From Octopus vulgaris (lineage: Eukaryota), in contig OX597831.1 of the NCBI GenBank assembly GCA_951406725.2, positions 42,904,001 to 42,968,000 of the forward strand: 64,000 nucleotides of DNA, written 5' to 3'. The first letter of the stretch is position 1, and every line of letters begins with the position of its first letter. Shown here in pieces: positions 42,790-51,654 of this stretch. A program made the translations under genes and the position numbers. The notes beneath the pieces were generated by a model. That model was not told where the DNA came from and ran no database searches. It worked only from the letters and a program-made list of their open reading frames with translations.

Positions 42790-43367
42790 TATTGGGTTGT
42801 CTGGAAAGTTCGTGCCGATTTTTAAAGGATCATGCCGATTTTAAAGGTCAATAAATACTTGCCATTACATTTTTAATCAGCCAAATATGAACCATTTTGT
42901 TGCATAATGCATCTCCATCTTTCCTTTAACTTGAAAATATCCTCTTCCCAGAATTGAGGTGGTTTCATGGCAAAGAATTCATCAAGGTATCTTTTTACGT
43001 CATCCAAGGAATTGAGAGTTTTACCATTAAGACTATTCTGCAGAGACCTGAGTAAGTGGATATCTGAAGGAGCAATATCTGGTGACTATGGGGGGTGGGG
43101 TAACACATCCCAGCCGAGCTGCAGCAATTTTTGTCTGGTTCCCAAAGCATCAAGTGCCGAAAATGAACTTTCTTATCTTCCATTTCAAAGGGTTACAGAA
43201 TTAACACAGGTTATAGGAACATAAACTTTCTTCCACGAAAAGATAGCTTAAACTGTCCTTTAAATGGATGAGTAGTCAAATCCTATTTTATGGACTCAAC
43301 CAGGTTCTAAAATAAGTCGAAAGGTAAACTACTATAAATCGGCACAAACTTTCCGGACAACCCAATA
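42790..43367 (-). mobile_element. Internally deleted mariner element
   Basis: TIRs tattgggttgtctggaaagttcgtgccgattt / aaatcggcacaaactttccggacaacccaata; MEDKKVHFRHLMLWE is fused directly to LGWDVLPHPP.SPDIAPSD. Confidence 0.92.
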
Positions 43368-43369
43368 TA

Positions 43370-43700
43370 TTAAGAAAGGGTGTGTGAACCACATGATTTT
43401 CCAGTGGCATTTTTCTCTTGATAGGGTTAAGATTGGGTGTGAAACTGATTCTAACCTTAAATCTACTGGCAGCCAGGGCCATGTTGCAGTACAGGGTCAC
43501 AGCATCAGAAACCTTTTTACTTGAAAACAGGTTAGAGATTCTTCCGCTGACCCTCTTAATCAGGTTTCTGAACACTATAGCTGTATTAATGTTTGGCTTT
43601 CTAAAGGGCTGATAAGCATGAGATTCTAAGTTGAAGGTCATATCATAAAAATCAATTGCCTTCAAGCTTGTTCTTACTGGGTTCTGGTCTTAATAGAAAC
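43370..43700 (-). pseudogene. Penelope-like element reverse transcriptase C-terminal/thumb remnant
   Basis: ORF 43288-43665: IDFYDMTFNLESHAYQPFRKPN...IKRVSGRISNLFSS...YCNMALAASRF...KRK..HVVHTPF resembles the PLE pattern DFLDVTFNL..Y.PYRKPN..RIS.LSS..Y..AL..SG..IIWFNPPF; cut by the adjacent mariner. Confidence 0.72.
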
Positions 43701-44689
43701 CAAAGTCACAACAGCAAAACTAAGGTCATAATAAAAAACCAACCTAACCAGGAGGTGATAGATTTTTTTAAGGGCCCAGGAAGGTAGTCATTTACATCAA
43801 CTCAAGTATTTGGCTGTTTCTTCATTTCATCAACTGCAAAAAGATGAAAGGTGTAGTTGATCTTGAGATTTGAACTCAAAATCTACAGAGGCGTAGGAGT
43901 GGCTGTGTGGTAAGTAGCTTGCTTACGAACCACATGGTTCTGGGTTCAGTCCCACTGCATGGCACCTTGGGCAAGTGTCTTCTACTATAGCCTCAGGCCG
44001 ACCAAAGCCTTGTGAGTGGATTTGGTAAATGGAAACTGAAAGAAGCCCGTCGTGTGTGTGTGTGTGTTTGTGTTTGTGTGTGTATGTTTGTGTGTCTGAG
44101 TTTGTTCCTTCCATCATCGCTTGAAAACTGATGCTGGTGTGTTTACGTCCCCATAATTTAGCGGTTCAGCAAAGAGACCGATAGAATAAGTACTGGGCTT
44201 ACAAAAAATAAGTCCCGGGGTCGATTTGCTTGACTAAAGGCAGTGCTCCAGCATGACCACAGTCAAACGACTGAAACAAGTACAAGAGTAAAAGAGTAAA
44301 AAGTAAAGATAGCTGGAAGAAACATCACTAAGTGTTTGGTGTGAAACACTAACAATTTTGCCAGTTCACAGCTCTCCAATAATAATGTTTTCAAATTTTG
44401 GCACAAAGCAAGCAATTCTGGGGGTAGTGGGGGGGGGTAGTATGTGTGTAGACAATAGGCAATACCTTCAGCCCCCAGTACTTGACTGGTACCTATTTTA
44501 TTAACCACAAAATGATGAATTGCAAAGTTAACCTCAGCAGAAGTTAAAATGAGAACATTAAGAGCCAGAAGAACTGATGTTAGGCATTTTGTCTCCTGCA
44601 CTAACCATTCTGCCAGCTTGCCAACTTGATAATAATAATAATCCTTTCTACTATAGGCATAAGGCCTGAAATTTTTTGGGAGGAGGTGA

Positions 44690-45030
44690 CTTGAGGAGAC
44701 TTGCTGTGCTTGAGGAGACCTGTTAGTCAAGTACATCAACATCAAAATAAAAATCAAATGGAAATGTAGTTGTGATACCTGTGCTGGTGGCACGTAAAAA
44801 GCACCATCTGAACGTGGCCATTGCCAGCCTCCCCTGGCACCTGTGCCAGTGGCACGTAAAAAGCACCCACTGCACTCACAGAGTGGTTTACATTAGGAAG
44901 GGCATCCAGCTGTAGAAACACTGCCAGATCAGACTGGAACCTGGTGCAGCCTCCTGGCTTCCCAGAACCTGGTTGAACCGTCCAACCCATGCTAGCATGG
45001 AAAACGGATGTTGAAAGATGATGATGATGG
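44690..45030 (+). mobile_element. Repeat with LINE-type 3' tail ending in (GAT)n (family D)
   Basis: ..aggaagggcatccagctgtagaaac..gtccaacccatgctagcatggaaaacggatgttgaaagatgatgatg; inverted homologue at ~57410-57960 and fragments at about 3340, 8690, 27140 and 63110. Confidence 0.75.
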
Positions 45031-45199
45031 TGTGAGTCAACTACATTGACCCCAGCGCTCAGTTAGTACTTATTGAAAGGATGAAAGACAAAGTCAACCC
45101 TGGTGGTCTTTGAACTCAGAATGTAATGACAGACAGAACACTGCTAAGCATTTTGCCTGGTGTGCTAATGATTCTGTTAGTTTGCCACCTTAATAATAA

Positions 45200-45573
45200 T
45201 AACAGGAGAACTTAGAGAGCACAGACCTCCACCAAGGCAACATCAACGCCCTCTCAATGATTAGATGGAGATGATTTTTAAATTGAGAATATCTGAAATA
45301 AACTTGACTGCTCTCACAAATGAGAATACTGAAAATGAACCCAACCGCTCTCAAAAATTAAGTGAGAAAAAAAAAAAATCGGAAAAATAATCCAGAATCT
45401 TTGTCCAGAACCAGATCGATCTCAAAATCTAATCAGTTCATGCCAGTCATGAGACCAAACATCTCTGAAAGTTTCATCTGAATCCATTCAGCAGTTCTTG
45501 AGATATCTTGTCCACAGACAAACAAATAAATAAGCACAACTGAAAACAATGCTTCTGCCTTTGCTAAGGCAGA

Positions 45574-45579
<6 letters not shown>
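45200..45579 (-). mobile_element. Helentron-associated non-autonomous element (HINE/DINE-1-like)
   Basis: One end has the palindromic subterminal repeat ctgccttt.ctaaggcagaggtaa; internal (GTTT)n; the other end has matching acctccaccaagg plus a short hairpin. Copies at 47703-48062 and 49713-50041. Confidence 0.65.
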
Positions 45580-45637
<58 letters not shown>

Positions 45638-45843
45638 GCTTCAAATTTTGGCAAGTTTGGAGGAGGGATCAAGTCGATTAGATCAACCCTAGTGTTCAAC
45701 TGGTACTTATTTTACTGACCCTGAAGGGATGAAAGTTACAGTTGACCTAGGCAGAATTTGAATTCAAAACATTAAGACAGACAGAATGCTGATAAGCATT
45801 TTGCCTGGCATGCTAACAACTCTTCCAGCTAGCCACCTTAATA

Positions 45844-45892
<49 letters not shown>

Positions 45893-47500
45893 TAATAATG
45901 CCCTGATGCAGTACCAGGCAGTGGCTCTCATGGCTTCTGATCTTAACTGATTGGAAGTGTTATCACGACATGTTTTGTCTTGGTATAAAAGATGGGCTAC
46001 AGCAAATATTCTGCTCAATACCACAGATTTGCTTGTTAGTTTCTTGCCCTTAACAAGTTGAGCATGTCCCTTATTGGCTGATGTGTACATTTCTGATCAT
46101 AAGGAGAAGCAGTGGGGGAGCATCATAGCCATGTGTTGAAAGAAATTCTTTGGGGTTTAAATAATTCACCTCTGGAAACATGAGTGTTTCGTTCAATATA
46201 TTTAAACAACCCTTATTCAGGAACCTTTTGAGCAGGATGGGCTTAACCTGAAGAAAATTCTAACTGGATCCCACCTGCAAGGTCATGCACTGTTTATCTT
46301 GATATGAGATCACATATGGTTGTGATGCATGTGCCTGGCATACCCTTATCAGACGGGTAGTCATGATGGGTATATTGAGCTTCATATATTTATACCCCAG
46401 TGTTACTTTGATGGCATGTGCTGCTCTCTCACTCAATAATAATAATAATGGAAGTCAATTATATTTATCCCAGTACTTCACTGGTGCTTATTTTATCAAT
46501 CCCCAAAAAATGAAAGACAAAGTCAACATTGTCAGAATTTGAACTCAGATTGTAGAAACCTGGAAGAAATGTACTAACAATCCTGCTAGCTTGCTGCCTA
46601 AATAATAAATGTTTCTAATTCAGGCACAAGATCAACACTTTTGAGATGGTTAGTCCCTAGACTACATTATCCAACGTGTCAATGTTGCCTTCTTTTTTGG
46701 GTAATGATTTACATGATATTTAGCTGCTGTTTCTAGCAGATCTAGTAATCATAAAGGGGTTTCAGACTGCAGAAGCTACTGCCTTGATTTGAAATTTAGA
46801 TAATAAATTCCAATAGTGCCTTATAGTCTGCAGAAGAGTAGTGAACGTGAGGTTAAGGTGGTGGAAAATTTAAAACCACATAGTTATGAGTTAATACTTT
46901 AATGCCTCCCTGGGGCTGGGTACATATCTCTAATTGCATTACTTCATCTGACCCATCTTTACATTCCAGTCATATGTTATGAACGAAAGGTTAATAAGGT
47001 TAATGTGGAAAGGTCATACAGCAGTGAGACTGTCTGCTCTTAACAGAAACCACCCCCAAACCATATTTACTATGGGAAACTGGATTTAAAACCAAAGAAA
47101 AAATTTACATCAAATTACATACACAAACATACATACAGACAGACAAGCACATGTGTTTTTGCAAGTAGGCTGTGTAGATGCTTAAACATGTATATATGCA
47201 CTGAGTTATGCACATCTCCACACAGATAATTACAGCATTTGGATGGTGAGGTTGTGGCTTTGTGGTTAATGTATTTTGGCTCACAATTGTAAGGTCATGA
47301 GCTCAAATCCTGATAGTGCATTATGTCCTTGAGCAAGACTCTTTATTTCACATTTTTCCAGTCCACTCAGCTGGCAAAAATGAGTAGTACCAGAATTTCA
47401 AAGGGTCGACTTTGTCACACATTGTGCCATGCTGAATCTCTTTGAAGAACTATGGAAAGGGTATGCATGTCCATGAGCTGCTCAGCCACCTGTACATTAA

Positions 47501-48081
47501 CCCATTAGTGACCATGGTCCTTTTTTAGGACCAGAAGGATAATCCATCATATTTCTGCAACAGCTGTATTTTTCTGAGATATCTTTAGTTAGTCATCAAG
47601 ACTGGAGTGTCTTTCAAATATTGTAATAAAAATTGTTTTTTATATATTTAGTATCAGATAAATTTGTATAAAAAAAAGATTTTTGGTAATAAATCAAATA
47701 AAACAAGAGTACTCAGAGAGTGCAAACCTCTGCCAAGGCAACACCAACATCCTCTTAATGATTAGTCAGAGATGATTTTTAAAATGAGAATATCTGAAAT
47801 AAACTCAACTGCTCTCACAAACGAGAATACTAAAAATGAACACAACTACACTAAAAAATTAAGTAAAAAAAAAACAGGAAAAATAAGAATCCTTGTCCAG
47901 TACTGGATAAATCCCCAAATCTAATCAGTATGTGCCAGTCATAAGGCCAAACAATCCTGAAAGTTTCATCTGAATCCATCCAGCTGTTCTTGAGATATCT
48001 TGTCCACAGACAAACAAACACGACTGAAAACAATACCTCTGCCCTCGCTAAGGTGGAGGTAAAAATTTGGGCACTAATGGG
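47501..48081. mobile_element. piggyBac-type MITE with TTAA TSD, containing a HINE-like element
   Basis: ttaa|cccattagtgacc ... gggcactaatggg|ttaa; interrupts a family C SINE. Confidence 0.85.
47703..48062 (-). mobile_element. HINE/DINE-1-like element, copy 2
   Basis: Colinear with 45200-45579. Confidence 0.65.
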
Positions 48082-48514
48082 TTAAGTTCAAAAGTAGGCT
48101 GTTCCATTGACTAGATCAATTGGAACCATTTACCATTTCTGTAGCACTCCCAACTTCCCTTAATGCCCTAAGCATGTACTTATTTTGCTTAATGGTTAAT
48201 CTAGCACTGGTTGGTTCTCTTTTGCTCAGACCTACTAAAAAGCCAAATTTTAGAACCTTGGCAAGGGTTGGGTACCTTAGTTAGAGCATACATGCATATA
48301 CACACATACATGCTTGCATGTGAATATATATATTAACATATATTTGATATATAATTTGGTTACACATCCATAAATACATGGAAGTATGTATATGTGCATG
48401 AATAAAGAGTATATCTAATAAAATGTTTGGCACAGAAAACTTTTAATAAGTTTTGACATACATCTGTTTTAACAAACAATCTGAGATCTGAATGATTAGA
48501 TGGTTCTTGTATTC

Positions 48515-48557
<43 letters not shown>

Positions 48558-48589
48558 ATGTGTGCACACATATATGTGTATGTGGGCAT

Positions 48590-48815
48590 GTTTATATGTG
48601 TGTGTGTGAGCATATATAAATGTGTGTGTGAGCATGTATAAATGTGTGTGTGTGAGCATGTATAAATGTGTGTGAGTGTGTGAGCATGTATAAATGTGTA
48701 TGTGTGAGCATATATAAATGTGTATGTGTGTGAGCATGTATAAATGTGTGTGTGTGAGCATGTATAAATGTGTGTGTGAGCATGTATAAATGTGTGAGCA
48801 TGTATAAATGTGTGT
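48590..48815. repeat. Minisatellite with unit gagcatgtataaat(gt)n
   Basis: About nine tandem units of variable (GT)n length. Confidence 0.9.
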
Positions 48816-49682
48816 ACGTGTTTTATGTAACATATGACTCATAAAATAAGTAGGTAGAAATACTAGTTCTATTAAACATCCACAGGATTAATATCTACAA
48901 ACACACACACAAACTCACATGTACATATTCACTCACTCACACGCACACACGCACACATATAAACTCACATACACATATGTGTGTGTATATATATGTAACT
49001 ATGTATAATGCTTATGCACACCTAAATAAATACTCGGTCATTTATATATGCATCCATGTATATACTTTAGCATATTAACACACAATGACAAATGTATCTA
49101 TATACATGCAAGCACACCCACAAATATAATACACATTCAAATATACTGTATGTATGCATGACTGTATGTGTGTTATAGCATACACACATCCATTAATGCA
49201 ATCCATAAGCACAAACACACTAGCACGTACACACACACACACGCACATATATACATAAATACATACATACATGCACACATACAGAAAATCCGATAGATAT
49301 GTGCATGGAAGCCAAATTACACAATATCATTGAATCACAAGGGCTTCTATTCAACACCCTCCACGTTACTCGGCATAACTACATTCATCACAACCACTAC
49401 CACTACCACATCCAATCGTGAGAAATTATTTCTTCATTTCTCTCATACAATTTGTGTGTGTACCTTTAGTAAAGATTTTACTATGATTCACATAAATGTC
49501 AGGTCTTTTAGTGAATTTTTTTTTATTGTTTTTTTTTTGTTTAGTTTAGTTTATTTTTGCTCTGGATAAGCTGATACATAACCTTTTTTAAAATCTCATT
49601 TTAGATATATTTTTTATTAAGCATTTTTTTTTGCTATTATGTGATGTAAAAAAAAAAGATATAAATATCTCCAAGCCCAGAA

Positions 49683-49712
<30 letters not shown>

Positions 49713-49718
<6 letters not shown>

Positions 49719-50041
49719 TCTACCTTAGTGAAGGCGGAGGTATTGTTTTCAGTCATATTTGTTTGTCAGTGGACAAAATATCTCAAGAACTGCTGGATGG
49801 CTTCTGATGAAACTTTCAGGAATGTTTGGCCTTGTGACAGGCACAAACTGATTAGATTTTGGGATCATACCAAACAGGGATTCCTGTTTTTTTTACTTAA
49901 TTTTGAGAGAGGTTGGGTTCAGTTTTAGTATTCTTGTTTGTGAGAGCAGTTGAGTTTATTTCAGATATTCTCATTTCAAAAATCACCTCTGACTGATGCT
50001 GGTGTTGCATTGACAGAGGTTTGGACTTTCTGACTGCTCTT
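49713..50041 (+). mobile_element. HINE/DINE-1-like element, copy 3 (opposite orientation)
   Basis: ttacctctaccttagtgaaggcggaggtattgttttc..; colinear with copies 1 and 2. Confidence 0.65.
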
Positions 50042-50045
50042 ATTA

Positions 50046-50081
<36 letters not shown>

Positions 50082-50731
50082 CTGCTGAAGTCAACTTTGC
50101 TTTTTATCCTTATGAGATCAATAAAATAAAGAACCAGTCAAGCACTGGGTCCAGTTTAATTGACTCATCATCTCCCTTAAAACCTGCTAGTCTCATGTCA
50201 AGAATTATTAGAAAAAATTCTTCTTCTTATTATTATTGTTTGAGGTCAACGTTACCTTTTATCCTTTCGGGGTCAATAAAATAAGTACCAGTTGAACACT
50301 GAGGTTGATGTAATTGACTCACCCATTCTCCACAAAAAAAAAAAAGTGGCAGAATCATTAGCATGCCAGGTGAAGTGCTTAGCGGTATTTCGTCTGCCAC
50401 TACATTCTGAGTTCAAATTCTGCCATGGTTGACTCTGCCTGTCGTCCTTCCTGGGTTGATGAATTAAATACCAGTTGAACACAGGGGTTGATGTAATCAA
50501 CTTACCCCACTCACCCCAAAATTGTTGGCTTTGTGCCAAAATGTGAAATTATTATCATTATTATTATTATTCCTGCTGAAGTCAACTTTGTCTTTTGTCC
50601 TTTTGAGGTTGATAAAATTAAGTACCGGTCAAGTACAAGGACCAGTTTAATTGACTCATCCTCTCCCTTCAAAACTGCTAATCTCATGTCAAGAATTAAT
50701 CGAAAGAAGTATTTAAAAAAGTGTTTAATTA

Positions 50732-51134
50732 ATTATTCATACTATGTGGGATGTAAATTATGGTTGTATTATGATATATTCATATTTGTTTATTTATATA
50801 TATATATATATATATATAGTAAGATAGGGGTTATGGATGTAACCCACTATGGGATATTAATTATTCAATATACTGTTGGTAAAGTACCCAAATTCTTAAT
50901 ACACAAATGTTTTTAATTGCAATGCAATTAATTCATTTATTGTTTTAAATGGGTGAAGGTAAAGAAATATTTTTACTGTAAATTTATAATACAAATAAGA
51001 AAATGGAGAAATAAATTCAGTTTGTTCATCAACTTACAGATATTATTATGGGTATATCTTTCAGAAAGATATACCCATAATAATATCTGTAAGTTGATGA
51101 ACAAACTGAATTTGTTTCTCCATTTTCTTATTTG

Positions 51135-51170
<36 letters not shown>

Positions 51171-51420
51171 TAGTCGTGGTTCATATTATGGTTTTTATAT
51201 ATATGTATATACTAGAAATGTTGGGGTATTATTATATGTTTTAGTAATATTAACTGGATTTGTAGAGTACGTTTTGCTACAGTAATTACTAATTTAGTTT
51301 CGGTGGTTCCTTATATTGGTGAGGTTTTGGGTTATTGAATTTGGGGAGGGTTTTCTCTTGATATTACCACTTACAGCTGATTTTTTTTGTTTTCATTTTT
51401 TATTTCCTTTAGTAATTTTA
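50732..51420 (+). pseudogene. cytb: Nuclear mitochondrial DNA segment (NUMT) of cytochrome b, split by later insertions
   Basis: Invertebrate mitochondrial code: IIHTMWDVNYG..YIH (50732-50800), then HISRGSYYG..NVGVLLYVLVMLTGFV.YVL / [36 protein letters not shown] (51166-51420). TGA=Trp is used; the PWGQMSFWG segment is deleted. Confidence 0.9.
50985..51141. repeat. Near-perfect 157-bp palindrome
   Basis: 78-bp arms centred on 51063 (..tatatctttc-a-gaaagatata..), one mismatch seen by eye; adjoins (TA)n. Confidence 0.9.
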
Positions 51421-51654
51421 CGTTTTTAAAAATTTTTGTTAAGAAAGATGTGTTTAATAATTGATGATTAAACTCATATTTGGAGTTTATATTTTATTAA
51501 ATATTATATTACATATGCTTAAGTAGTATGATTATTGGTCAATACCAGATGTCTTATTCTTGGATATTACATAGTTCTAAATCTGCATTTGAACCAATAA
51601 CCTCTATCTTTGAATTAAGAGTAATAATAGAGGACCTAAAATTACACACACCAT

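Noticed and set aside
48590-48815. CRISPR-like repeat-spacer pattern (also 19270-19430 and 21290-21450)
   Set aside because: The spacers are just variable (GT)n/(TA)n; eukaryotic minisatellites with no cas genes.
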